58,484 nucleotides of DNA, filler included, from Platydemus manokwari (GCA_037951405.1; 5 parts of 5 records of this genome joined end to end with filler, not necessarily neighbours in it), one strand, 5' to 3'; positions 38,079 through 52,519 are shown, counted from the whole stretch's first letter. Notes: a model not told the origin generated them from the letters alone. Program-made: numbers and translations.

Positions 38079-41000
38079 GTGATTAATAATTTTTTTTTGT
38101 AATTTTAATAGACGACGATCATGGACTATAATATCATGATGTCAATATATTGTATTATATTATTAATTCTTTAATAAATTCCAGATTGGTGATAATTGTA
38201 CAATTTATCATCTTCAAACCATGATTAAAACAAAACTTTTCTTCAAATAGTTTTCGATGATTTTTTGTTAATTAATTGTAAACAAAATCCCATTAGAAAA
38301 CTAAATATTTTTGCTTGTAAATTTAAGTTGAGCGTTTTCTAAGCTTGATGAACGTTCCTATAAATATTGATTTGTTTCACTGTCTTGATTGTGAATTTTA
38401 GAAATTTGTAAAATCTAATTACTCGTGCTATTTGGCGATTTCGTTTTGGGATTTATATTCTTTTTTTATACTTATAAAGTTTCGATGATATACTATTATT
38501 ATTTTATAATGTATATCATATCTGAATGTCCGAATAGAAACAAATGTGCGATTATCGATCCTATTAATATTATTGAAGCCTTTGAAAAATATCCTTGGAA
38601 TTTGTTATAATCTAGTGGAAATAAGTTTCAAATTTATTTAAAAAATTGTAATTTCTTATTTATGGATTTGTTGATTTTTCTTTTTATGTAAATATTTTTC
38701 ATGAGATTTTGAAATGGTACGCTTTTAAAAAGATAGAAGAATCGTTGCAACTAAAAAATGCTTTGATATGATGTAACAAATTGTTGTTTAAGCGCCTATT
38801 ACTGTATTTGGAATTATCATTGAAATTGTATATTTTTAAATGTGAAGAATTCCAGAAGCAATTTACTGATTAAAAAAGAAACTGACGTACTTTATTTTCT
38901 TTATTATATTGTTAATACATGTTATGATGATTGGACTAATTAAAACAACTAAACATTATTTCGAATAATTTCGAACTATTTAAAAACAATAAAAATACCT
39001 TTCCAAAATTATAAACAGCATATACAATATACTAGTGGTCTTGAGTAAAATTAAAGAAAACTATATAAGTAGCCGTGCGTTTTGGGGATATTTTTTTAAG
39101 GTAAATCAATATTTAATTGATCATTTTGCTTTAATATTGAACGATTTATATATTTGAAATTGAAAATGATCTTTGTAAATGTTTGTGGTGAATCTGGACT
39201 AAATTTAATCCAAAATAAATATTATCTGTGGTTTCAGATATATTTATTACTTGATTATTTTATCCATTCAGAAATAATTAATAGCAATGCTACCGATTTC
39301 CAGTTAATAATTCTTCTTTCTAAATCAATCGGTTTATCGACTGAGTGTACATTTGCTATTAGTTGTGATCCGTAACTGAATGTATTTTTATTAAATATTT
39401 TTCTTCATACAATCACGAATTTTTGTACTTTTTATATACAGTTGAATTGTGGTTTAATAATTTGATTATTTTTTGTACTCCCAAAAATTTATTTCATATT
39501 ACAATCCTGAATTTTACTTCCTAACAAATTAAACGATCATTATATGCATATGTGGATTCAAATCGAATTTGATACACAAATTGCATTTAATTTGATGAAT
39601 ATTGGTTTTGAAAATCGTTGCTATCGATAAACTATTCTTATCAAACATTGATTTCTGGTCAAATCTGCAATAATCTTTATCGATTCGAAATTGATTCATT
39701 GTTATTAAAAGTCATTTTGTCTCATTAAATTATTTGTAATGAAAAATAATCCAATTATTTATCAATTAATATTTCACAAATAATTGTGCAACTAAGTCAG
39801 TTATGTGGAATTATATTTCCTCACTAAACTATTTAATTTTTTGTTTCAAATCTAAATTTCACTGAAATTTTAATCGTCGTCATCATTATCGTTACTATTT
39901 TTTCTTTATATAATTCGAAAAAAAAGTCGTATTTGATAAGCACGTAATTTCGTTTTTGAGAAACTTTGATTAGACAGAAATTAAAAGCTAGTTTGGGAAC
40001 TTGTAGTTGATGAAATCGGAAAACAAAATAATTGAGGAGTATTTTATTACGATTTTATATTAAATATATTTTTGCAACACAACATTTAAATTGTTGATTT
40101 AATTTGTTTTTTTTAATTCGATGTTTTCTTATTCTTAGGAAATCTTTTTTAAAGGATTATTTATCAAAATGCTTTTATGTTTCCATTTTATTAAAGAAAA
40201 AGTCCTAACGTTGCAAATGATATTTCTTTTTGCCTTATTTTTATTTGTTTTCCTTTATTAATCTCATTTGTTTTACTCATTCTCTGATATGATTAACATT
40301 ATTTCATCTCTCTTTATTAACTAAACGTTAACTGTTCGTTTCGATTTTAGTCTTTAATTATTGATAATGAATAGTGTAGAATAAATCACTGTTTCTTCTA
40401 ATCTAATGCAATTTTAAAAATCTAAATGTATTTTTAACTTTTAAAGTGTCATCGTATAAATTGGTGGGTCTTCATCCGATGAAGCTCATTGTTTATTGAT
40501 GTAGCATTGTTTACCCTTGCTTTCTTATCATCTGTTATCAAATTGTTTGTGTTATTGCTTTTGTTGTGATTATCGGTAATCAATTTTGTTTAGAATGTTT
40601 CCTTAATCGATTCTAATAATACAAAGTGTAGTTTTTTAAAAATAAATAATATCAAAATGACTAAATTTCGTTTAAATTAAATTAAATTATAATCGAAATA
40701 TTTGGCTTTTTCCACTGATTTGTGACATTTCAAGGAAATTAACTTATTTTTATGTTTGTGAATCGATCAAATTTTGAGTTAAAATTAATAATAATTGGAT
40801 GATAAAAACAAAACATTGATTTATTATAAGAAATCTTGTTTAAAATGTTCATTGAAGAATATTTAATAAAAAATGTAATTGAAGATCATTTGTGTCACAA
40901 CTTGTCATTCGAAATTAAGAAATAAATTAAATATAAAATATATTGGAAAGAAACTTGATATGTATTGTAAAGGTTTTAAGGGTTTCTATAGGAACTGTTG

Positions 41001-42304
41001 AAGATTGCAACACTCGGTTCTTATTAATCATCATTATCACTATGAAATGGTTGCGATTATGAACGAATTCAACGATTTTCTCACTTTAATTTTACTATAT
41101 TTCACTGCCACTTATCATTCAGCTGTTATAATTATATTTCGGTTCCACGTACCCCATGATTTTCACAACAACAATAAATTTACTTAAGATAGATTCATTA
41201 TTACTGGTACTATCTCAATAACCTAGAATCTTGACCAAGACTTGGCCGAAATTAAAATTAAATTAAAGATGAAAATTAAAATTTAGTTTTTTGGCTGATA
41301 CTTTTCAACATACTTAACTAACCTTTAATATTATCTCGTTATAATAATATTTGCTTATAATATGAAATGTAATAAATTCCCATTCATCCAATTATATGAT
41401 TAGACAAAGGTACCAAAAATTATTTTATTACGAAGTTGAAGGAATGAATAGTTTTCAATCTTTTGAATCAGGTATTCTATATTTTATGTTATATATAGCT
41501 TCAATCTAAATTTATAAAATTGGAACTCATATTTCTAATTGGGAAAATACAAGTTGTTTGCTTCGAAAGTTAAATCAAAAATTTTTTTTCAAATCTTAGG
41601 GGTTATGATTGATTGAAATAACTGTAAAAAATGAAAATTTCATCATATTTATCGTTTATTATTTCCATTACTGTTTTCAAAGGTTACCGGACTGTTCATT
41701 GAATTTCAATTACTGTTGGCATCATTTGATATTTGAGTTGTTATCAGATTAGTGATGTATCTGGCCAGATATATCCTGAGTTAAAATTGTTTTTCTTTTT
41801 TTGCAAATCAGACATTAATCTGTTAGATTTTTAATTTATTTGAAAAATATATCTTCCTTCAAACAACAAATGATTTATCTATTCAAATAGGAACGAGCTT
41901 ACTGTAACTCTCGCAACTTGCTATATTGAGTTTCATTAATTTTTTAAAGAACTTAATCATTTATTTCTGATTTGATCGATTGTTTATTTGTAAATATCAC
42001 ATTGTGGACATCTACTTTTTTACAAAATACGCGTCGAAAGTGACTGGAAAGTCACAACAGTAAATTAGACATTCAAATATAATTATTTCAACAAATTAAT
42101 ATCTTTTCATATTAATTTATAAAATCTTTTAAATTTTAAAAACCACATGTTTATTATTTTGGCTTAATCAATTTAACTTGTATTTGATATCAGTTAATAT
42201 TTCAATAGAAATTTCATGGTGTTTATTTGAACTGGAATATGATCTTTAACAATAAATATTTTAGCGATTGTGTGTCATTTTGATAAGATCAATTGGACCA
42301 AATT

Positions 42305-42918
42305 ATAAGCTAAATTTTAGAAAAGGAGTCCTAAAATAAAGCTTTAAATGTGTAAAGTGTATTGCAAAAATCTTTATAGTTTATTTAATAAAATTCTTTA
42401 AAAACCTTTTGAATTTTTTATTTAATTGATTCGGAAGGATCTCATTTGTTTAAAATCAAATAATAAATACACTAAATCTTTACAATCTTGTAAATATTGA
42501 TTATTTGAAAAAATAATCAAAGTAGGTCGATCAGAATTTATTGAAAATTAGCGAGAACCCCTTTTTTAATATTAGAAGCAAAGTGAGAGATATTCTCAAT
42601 TTTTACAATTATTTTATAAAAATAACCAATTATATTATTAATAATGTCTGTAATTAACTAGCTCAATTTATCATTATAAAAATTTTAAATTTAAAAACTC
42701 AAGTAATCATATAGAAGTATTGTGATTAAAATGAGAACTCGGTTTTAAACTTTTTTTCACCATTAGACATCTTAAAAAATGAGATATTAACTGAATTAGA
42801 CAAATAAATCAAACATAGCAGTTATATAAAAAATTAAGTTATACAATTATCTCATGCGCGAAAATCCATTATAACAAAAGTAGGTCAAAGGACCCTTTTT
42901 CTTAACTTAAGCCCAATG
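42305..42918 (-). mobile_element. MITE family A, copy 2 (inverted)
   Basis: The end GGTCAAAGGACCCTTTTTCTTAACTTAAGCCCAATG (to 42918) is the reverse complement of the TIR at 4890. 42305-42425 is the reverse complement of 5190-5305. Confidence 0.75.
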
Positions 42919-45900
42919 CTCACATTTTATTTTTTAAATAAGGCGGAAAATACTTTTAATATTTTAAATTTTGTTTAAAATGGATGAATTATAAATACAC
43001 ATTATTTGTTCGGTGAAATCATGTCTTTTGATTTAAATTTCAAAAAAGAAGAAGTTTTAGCAACTAACATTGTCCAACATTGACAACTGCAGATAAGACT
43101 TTGCACGCCATTTCTATACATGACAATGCAATTATTACTGAATTTTTAGATCTCATTCTATTTGCTTTATTTATGATTTGAATAACAAACATAAATCAGG
43201 TTTCTTAAGTGATTTCTATCCATACAACACACGATATATTTGCAACTGTTTATTTAAAATATATTAATAAATTTTAAGTTGATCAATCGCTTATTTAGAA
43301 TGTTCGATAAAGGCGTTTTTTAACTTAAAAGACTTTAGAGTTCCATTAAACTTTTTAAACAGTATAATCAAGCCTTAATTTAATTACAAACTTCACTATA
43401 TAAATAATATTATGAAAGTAAATACAATATTTTAAAAATTAGATCCTTGGGAAATTATATCAAATTACTGTTCTGATATTTTCTAATTAAAATCAATCAT
43501 ATTTACAAGTCTTTATATGTGTTTTAGATACACCAAAGTTAAATTTAAAACTCATGATAGCTATTTTACTTGAATTATTCGGTGTGGAGAATTCATATTA
43601 TGTTTTGATGTTCAAAAGAGATTAGGTCAAGGTCAGTGTAATTATAATTCATTATTATTAATTTTGTTCAGACATAAGTGCACTATTTTCGGAATAAATA
43701 ACAATTATTGATGTTATTAAAACAAATCAAAGTTCAATGGTTGGAGTGCTGAGATTTTAATTATTATAAGATTCATTCTTCAATTAAATAGTTCTGATAT
43801 AAATCGTTTAGATATTAATATGGTTATCTCTTTCTCAATCGTATGTATACTGATTAAAATATTGATTTTTCTATGGAGACTGTTAGCTGAATTTTAAAAA
43901 GAACTGAGTGATTCATAAAGCTTTGATTTTTGAATTTAATTTTTGAAAAAATATCTTATTGAAAGGTTTTTATCGAATGGAATAATGTAACGATAAAAAT
44001 CAATAAGGCCAATATTTTAAAATCGAAACACAGTATGTATGGGTTTGTAAAGCAATGAAACTTGTTGACGAAATCTCATTATTAAGCATGGAATGTTTTT
44101 CATATAAAATATGTTCCAATAATCAAAATGCAGAAACATTTCTTGACCTCCGAAATAATATCCGATGTGTTTGAATATTTATCGATATCAAAATTAAAGT
44201 CAAAATTATATTTTGCTAAAATTATATTTTCGAAAAATTTCTCAGCAATATCCCACAAAAAATTGATTTGAGACTGGTTAAAAGGGTCATGTAAAATAAA
44301 ATAAAATAAAAATAAAATGTTAACAAAAATCATGTGATGATGCACATCGATTTGATCAATATTTATTAGATAATACCAGAACTGAAATATACAATGGCAG
44401 ATTAGGAATGAGTGCTAATTATTAAAATCCAACGATATAAGTTAAATAATACCAAATTAGAGGAACTATTTCATTGTTGAATTCATTTCTATTTTATATC
44501 ATTGATGTTGGATAATGTGGTGAAGTTGGAGGTGGCGTTTTGTCTATGTTCACATCCCGACAATCACAACACTTGAATCGCTTCACACATTTGGTATTGT
44601 TATTTATTATTATTATGTTAGTGTTAATAAATTAAACTGATCGGACATTCTTATTGAATTGATGGGGTGTAATTATACCCTATTGATGTCAGATCTTTGA
44701 CGGATAAAATCCATATAAAAACTTAATAAAACTATTAATTTCCATGTAACGCTATGTTAATTACAATATCAATTCAATTATTATTTATATAGGTTATATT
44801 ATAATCATATTTTGTTAAAATAGTTATTTTAATTGACGGTTGGAAGAAATTTTATAACATTCATTTCTAACATTTGTAACGATAACATATCGGTGAGGAA
44901 TTATTTATCGAATTTTTAGATTTTAATGCCATTCGACTTTGATTTCTGTAATAAATCTAAAATTAATTGGTCTGCTGAGCGTGATTGCGCAATAAACACA
45001 CTGAGACTATTAATGGAATGCAGACCAATCTAAGAATTTTCCGAAATACTCCGCTGATTGTGTAATAACCAATAATTAGGAATTTGTCACAAAATTCGTT
45101 TATTTCACAGCGATTAAATTTCTAGTGTCACTTTCACAAATGTGTTTGAATTTGATGGGCTGGATTGAAGGGTTTTACAAAAATCTGATTATTGTTTAGA
45201 AAATCGATTAATAGTCACAATTCCACTATTTCTTATTCGTTATTAAAACCATATCCATTTATAAGTGAATCTAAGATACCTCGTGGATTGTTTTTGTTTT
45301 TTACCCATTTTAAATGGTTTTGAAAAACTTTCTTTTTTTTCAAAATTCTGTTTAAACTATCTTTTTTCAGGTGGAGGTGAAGAAATATCAAAAGCATTGA
45401 AGTATATTAAATTTATTGATTTTTTCATTTTCACTGGAAACATACTAGAATAGTGAAGGCGTGATGACATAAATTATACCGATTTTTAATTGAGAGTGTT
45501 GGTTAGGGGTCCTCATCATGTCAAATCAGATTTCGAATTAGTATATGTTTCTTTAAATACCGGGATTTTCAATTTTTGTACATTATTTCCAGATATTCCC
45601 GTTATTCCCAATGCTATGGCATTGTTTGTCTTACTTTACGATTACTACACGAGAATGAAGGTGAACGAGGATTTCATATGAAAAGCATCGAATTTCGATT
45701 GGCTGAAATTTTGACTTTTCAAATAAAAAATCAGTCGGTGCTCCGATTCTACATCAAAGCCTCGTGATGAGAAAATGATTTGATTCTTTTGACAAAAAAT
45801 ATAAACCAAGGTTTGACTCTTCAATTTCTTAGTCAATTCTTGCATAATGTCTCGATAGTAGTTGGTATTGAGTGTTATGAGATTAATATTGTTAGTCGGA

Positions 45901-46202
45901 TCGCTAATTTATTTTCTTTTAAAATATCTTTTTGAATTCAAATTAATTAGCGAAATAATAATAATCAAACCCGGTTCATATAATCAAAGAATTTTAATTA
46001 AAATTCTAAATTTAGGATGAATTTTTATCCAATTAATTGAAATGACTACATTTCATAGACACTACTATATTACGATGTATATATTATAGAGAAATTTTGC
46101 TGCTAACCGTCAAATTAAACGCCTATTAATAGAAATGTATGAATGATCTGACATTTGAAATCGGGAGAATATTCTTTATTTATTATTTGAAACGTATTGG
46201 CA

Positions 46203-46515
46203 ATGATCAGGTTCTGGTGGTTGTTTTGGGTTTGTTCTTCTCGAATTACTTGCCAACATTTTTCAATCGTGTTTCAAATTTTCACTACTATCAATGCGAA
46301 TTTAAATATCATTTGTATTCCTGATCAAATCGTTCCCAACTCAAAATTCATTTACCAATGGGAAAGACCGCTTGGTTGGACACTTTGGTCGGGACATGTT
46401 TTAACAATCAATAATATGTGGTCAGACAAACTTGGAGATTATGTATGCAGAATCAGAAATGCTGAAACTCTGCAAACAATGGATTTAATTCTATGGAGAA
46501 TTGCTTTAGATGAAG
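46203..46515 (+). CDS. Small secreted/membrane protein with a single Ig-like domain (first exon; candidate last exon 47213-47268)
   Basis: MIRFWWLFWVC... is a hydrophobic N-terminus. It is followed by LNIICIP...IYQWER...VLTINNMWSDKLGDYVCRIRN, which has the B-strand Cys, C-strand Trp, L-x-I and the G-x-Y-x-C F-strand of an Ig fold. GT donor at 46516. Confidence 0.6.
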
Positions 46516-46546
46516 GTAGGCATTATAATTATCAAATATATATATA

Positions 46547-46578
46547 CCAGGTTGAGTCAAAAGTTATTCATGTTTTTA
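46547..46578 (+). mobile_element. mariner-type TIR, second copy (truncated by gap)
   Basis: TA followed by CCAGGTTGAGTCAAAAGTTATTCATGTTTTT, matching 27057. Confidence 0.65.
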
Positions 46579-46612
46579 TGCAGGTATTTTATTAACACAA
46601 ATTGTTATAACG

Positions 46613-46712
46613 NNNNNNNNNNNNNNNNNNNNNNNNNNNNNNNNNNNNNNNNNNNNTTAATTAATTAANNNNNNNNNNNNNNNNNNNNNNNNNNNNNNNN
46701 NNNNNNNNNNNN
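46613..46712. other. Synthetic assembly gap linker
   Basis: N44-TTAATTAATTAA-N44. Confidence 0.97.
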
Positions 46713-46995
46713 AATAATTTTAAAAATTGAATACATCTCAATTTCGTTCTATTGTTAAAAAGGGGGTTCATACTGATTTTCAATAAATTGCAGTTTGATC
46801 TACTTTGATCAGTTTTTCATATAATGAATTTTTCAGATATTTTAAAGCTCCAGATTATTTAATATTTGATTTCAAACAACTTAAATTCTTCTTGAATACT
46901 AAAATAAAAAATTCAAAATGTTTCAATGAGTTTAAATTAAATAAAATATATATTATACTCCATAAATTAAAAAAACATTTTAGGACTCCTTTTCA
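46713..46995 (+). mobile_element. MITE family A, partial copy 3
   Basis: Shares TTCAATAAATTGCA.TTTGATCTACTTTGAT and AAATAAAAAATTCAAAATG...TTTTAGGACTCCTTTT with the other copies. Confidence 0.65.
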
Positions 46996-47404
46996 TGGCC
47001 GATGATTCTAAAGAGGCGTATCATATCATGAATAGAGTTTCATATTATACATAACATTAAAAAAATTTGAATCAGAAAATTTGTTTAAATTGTGCTAATC
47101 AAAGAGAAATCATAAAAACCATTATGGTACTCGATTAGTATGTTTAATAGGTTTTGATACAATATTTATGACTTAAATTCTCGGCTATTTTATAACGTAT
47201 ATTTTATAGCAGGTAATAAAAATACACACAATTATGTAATTAGGTATCGGGAAAAATTAGCCAGTTGAAGGAGATTAATGAGAAGAATAAGATTCCAAAT
47301 TTCTTGATAAATAATCAATAAAAAAACTAGAAAGCTATTCATTAAAATAGCGATATAAATCTAATAATGATCGGCGACAACAGCATATACTGTAACAGCA
47401 ATCA

Positions 47405-50400
47405 TCATTCGGAATCGATGTGCTGCACAATTAGTACAAACATACACTCACAGGAACATCACTCAGATAGTGCATATCTGACACGCTATATTTGACTAAA
47501 AATCCAATCGGTTTACCATGATATTCCAATATTTTCAAAGACGGATTTAATTTTAGAAATTCGATATCGACACTTCAAAGGAAATGCACTATTCCATAAA
47601 TACTAACCGTTGATTATTTCTGCAACTGGACTGACATTAACAGGGTTGAGGATTTGTGATTGAAAGGTTTTGGAGTATTTACGAGTCTGAAAGAAATTAA
47701 CATTTAAAAGCTCAATAAGAAATTTTAAATGGTATTGTCAAAACAAATTTCATTAGGATGAAAGAGAAAGATATGTGGCTTACTAAAAATAGCTTTTTTG
47801 GTATGCAAAAATAGTGTGTTGAACGAAATGAACTGAATATTCGTGGATTTCATCGAAAATTACCGAAGTCACTTTCATCAATAAGGCACTGCACAACATC
47901 TATAGTACGTTACTATACGCTCGCGCACACACACACTCATACATATATAGATATATATATATAGCTATATATACACAACTTGCCTCTTTTTGTTTTGGAC
48001 TGTCAAAAAAGTGCATCCACTTAACAGATGCATTTTGATCAAAAAATTCGACAAGGAATTCCCATTTCCGTCCTTGAGAATCGAAATAGCTGAAATTGTA
48101 GATGAATTTTGAGTTTTCTAATGCCTTTTCGTCAAGACTGCTTACGTCGGCTGAATTCGTCGGTTTGGTGGATTCGGTTTGATTGGTTTCATTCGTAGAT
48201 ATAGAACATGTATCATCGTTGTCATTTTCTTTCACTCTAAATAAACCGTTTTCCACAGAAATAATGCAATTTTCCCAAACAGGATTAAATACTTCCTAGA
48301 CATAATTTGTCCATAATAAACAATGAAAACATTTACAAAAAATCAGTACCGCATTGTTCGTATATTTCCACATTATTCTTACAGGTACAGGTTCGATGTT
48401 CATTTCATCCGAAACACCAACATCAGATGTGCTGGATGCATTCTAAATAGTCATGTTTTACTAGCACTATCATTAAGTAGTTGATTTAATCATTTAATAT
48501 GCTTATTTTAAGTTAAAACACAAATACCTAGCTAGTTCCCGGCATGCCCAAACAATTTCCAATTCACTTTTTTTTATAAAAAAATTCTAAAATTCTTGGA
48601 TATCGTTCCATTTGCTTCTCTTGTTAAAAAAGGTGGATTCTCGCTAATATTCAATAAATTGCATTTTGATCTACTTTGATAAGGCTACAATGTATATAAT
48701 ATTTGATTTTAAACAACTGAAATTCTTCTAAGGTGCTTAAATAAAAAAATTCAAAATGATTTTTAAAGAATTTAATTAAATAAACTATGTAGATTTTTGC
48801 GTTGCACTTCAAAAAATAAAAATCTTATTTTACAACCCCTTTATAACTTTAGCAATCTAAACTACATAAACCATAAAATGTGCATCAAATATTCACCATG
48901 AAACATTAATACTTCCAACATTTCCATAATTTCCAATATTTTTGAAAATCATTCAAATCTACTAAATATAGACTGTGCTAGAAAATCGAGTGAATATTAA
49001 TCAGAATCTATTGTGAATTCTATTAACAATTAATCTATTAAGTCGTATCTGTCTACATCTATGATTATTTATGATATTTTATTTTAACCGAACATCGGAA
49101 CTGTAAAAACTCTACTTCCATCTTGTGAGAATTGCAATTCCTCAAGTTGACTACAACTGATAGTTATAGTAATTGAGATAAATCCTAAAAGTCTCTAATA
49201 GACAACACTAGATTAAAACCTGACTGATTGGAATAATAAATTTCCCGTTAGTGTTTCCAGTTTCAACCTCATTATTTTCCTTTTTATTTATTCTTTCTGT
49301 ATTTTTGGATTAAAATGGAAATGGGAAAGTGAAAATGTTATCCTTAAATACTTTATTGTGACAAATTAGAATTTCAATTTACCAAATCATTAAATCTAAT
49401 AATTAATGATTTTTTCGGGAAATATTAGATTAATCTTGTCGAGATAAAGAGATTAGTTTATCAAATTACTAAGGTAGTAAGTAGCAACCAATGAACATAT
49501 TAATTTATTTGTGAACTCTATTGATAATATGTACAACAGAATATATTCAAATAATTCGGAATCATCTCGAAATAGCATCATTCCATTCATTTTTCAAGTA
49601 TTTATCTTACATTTTACAAAATATCATTTTTAGATACTTTATGTTCGATTTTTTGGATAAAATACAGTACTTTATTATTACTTCTATTTTTAGTTCATTC
49701 TATTAAAACTATAATCTCTGAATCCGTGTATCCTTTGAAATTTTTATCGAACATGCACTTCACTTCACATTAGATCTCATTCAAATTTCAGAGTTCTGTA
49801 ACCACTTCCTGGTTGGAAAAATAACAAGATCTCATTTTTTCAAATTCACCAGTTTATTGTTAATATTATCTTTATTTTTTCCTTTTGTTAGTTAATCAAT
49901 TATCAAAAATATAAAATTTGATGCAACCATAAAAAACCATTTGCAATGCTGTGATAGCTATGTTTTCCGTATCCAAGATAATTCAAGGTTATTCGTGGAA
50001 ATTTGTACACTCAACTGAAAATAAAGGCAGTTTCTGTGGTATTATTTCCAGTCAAATAATAATAAATTACGAATTTGTGTAGAGCTGAAAGTTGTTCAGA
50101 GAGATTTTTCAATTTATTTGATTCGAACCATGTAGTTATTAATTGTTATTATTAGTGTTAGCTGCTATATTAATTTAGGTAAAATAAAGATAAAATTCAC
50201 ATTGGAAAATATTTGAAAACAATTTCATCACGATAACAAATTAAGTATAAAATTAATATTTATTCCTTATTCTCCTAGTAAACACCTTCTGATAATAAAG
50301 ATGTGTATATGGCAGTAAAAGAATTCGTTATTATGTGTGTTGTATTATAAAGCGCAAGTGAAATCGTCAGACAGATATTTTTATATCATGATTTTTATGG

Positions 50401-50895
50401 TAAATATTCACTGATAAAAATGCCTTTTCATTTTGGATAAAATTATAATAATAAATAAATAATCAAATATAACTCGACAAAACACATCATATTAACATTT
50501 GTGGTGATTAATATTACTATATGATAAATTAAATAAATGAATTAATATTAATGACAGTTTATATAATACAAAAATAATAAAAATGTATAATCTAGACATA
50601 ACATAATAGAATCAAATATCAATATATTATGTACGAATGTGATTATATATATTGCTAGTTATTTATTAATTTTATTGAAAAAAATTCTAAAATAATCAAA
50701 AACCTGTGGTTCTTCTGTCGGTTTGTTTTCTGAAGATATTTCCATTTTATTTTCAGAATTATCAATTGACATGTCCTGATAAATACTAATTTTCATATTA
50801 AATTCAATCCAATATTCAATATTTCTATACTGCTGTACCTTTCCATAACAGATTGTTCTGGCAATGATCTACGTTCTTGAATGTCTGAAGAGTCT
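47405..50895 (-). CDS. 3' exons of a PH-domain-like protein gene (probably the same gene as the PDZ exons)
   Basis: Approximate exons 50895-50840, 50776-50704, 48442-48350 and 48296-47980. The last reads EVFNPVWENCIISVENGLFRVKE...IYNFSYFDSQGRKWEFLVEFFDQNASVKWMHFF (PH-like W start and C-terminal helix Trp). The final exons at 47899-47405 are ambiguous. Confidence 0.5.
48560..48858 (+). mobile_element. MITE family A, partial copy 4 (intronic)
   Basis: AAATAAAAAAATTCAAAATGATTTTTAAAGAATTTAATTAAATAAAC...GATTTTTGC..ACTTCA...AACTTTAGC aligns by eye with 5190-5305. Confidence 0.7.
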
Positions 50896-52519
50896 GAATA
50901 ATTTATTAATATTATAATCATACACGTAATTATTATTATTTATTGTATGATCATTATTAATATTACTTTATTGATTTATTAAAGTGATTATAAGTTTGTC
51001 ATAAAAAATTATGATAATAATATATTACTGAACAAAATATTAAATATTTTATTTTCAATATGTCGATATCAAATGATTTTTATAAGGATTTGCGATAAAA
51101 TATCAATATATTAAAAAGAAATAATTTTATGACTCTGCTAATATAATAATTAATTACAGATATAATTTAATAAATCAATATTATAAAATAAATAATAATA
51201 ATTTAAATAAAGTTATTAATAAATCGATAAAAGGAAATAATGGTTACCCTTAAATCAATATAATCATTTTAATGACATTTCGTGTCGATCGATTGATTAT
51301 GACATTGATAATAATAATAATATTAATAATAACAAATTTTATTTATTATGGAAAACCTCTTCTCCCAATTTAAAATTAAAATAATAATTTTCATATAAAT
51401 CTAGAAAACAAAGAATATTTATTTTTCAAAAAAATAAAATTAAAAATATAACCAAATATATATAATCTACATAATAGTCGGATTTAACTATTCTTGTAGA
51501 AAATCAAAAATGTTTTTTTCATTCAGTGAAACACCGTAAATAGAAAGTAAGAAACATATGTTTTAGTAATAAATACATTTATCGGCGCGCTTATAAAGTT
51601 TTTGGAATTATTTTTAGAAATATTATCATGATGTTGATTTATAAATCGACGTTACTGATTGCCTATTTTTATCGCAAAGAATAATTCAAGTTAAAATCAA
51701 ACAATTCCATTAATTTAAAAAAATTAAAAAATAAAAAAAATTAATTGGAAATTATTGATGTTGGAATGAACATGGTGAAGTGTGTAAAATAAAACATATA
51801 TTCCGAATGAAATTGTGTGTAAACGAGTTGAAATACATAATAATTGTCGCAAGAAAAAAGAAAATGTACATTCACATTCGGATTTCGATTCAATCACAAT
51901 GAGTAATTTTCATTTATTATTATTAATCATATTTGATGTAAGTAAAGGGGACTATTAAGTCATAAAATACCAACGTCTAAGTTCTCGAAGACTTCTTTTA
52001 AACTCCATATTTCTATAGACCTTCTCTTTTCACTAGATTTGGGTGATAGTAGTTCCCAACACTGTTTTTCAATCGCCTTCAAGGTACAACAGCGGAAACG
52101 AATTTAAAATCAATAAAAATAATCACTTGTAATATTAATTACTGCGTATATTTCATTAAATAAAAATTATCTTTCAATTGTCATTTATATCTATCTTTAT
52201 ACATGCAACCTACCGCTCGGCACTGTGACGAGTCAAATATTGGTAGAATTTTCTTACCATATATCTACCCTCACAGCTACTAAATTATTATCGATATCAA
52301 CACTGATTCCATCAACACTAATAATAATTATTATTATAATAAATATCGGTGAAATTTGGATTGAACAAAATAGTTCAGGCTGAAATATTGTTTCATTGAA
52401 AAAACATTTTTAATCTTTTCTCAGATCTTATAATATTATATTATTCACCGTAAAGTCTTGTTCATAACCTATGAATTAAACAAACAAAAAAGATGTAAAA
52501 TCCTACAAAAAATAATGAT

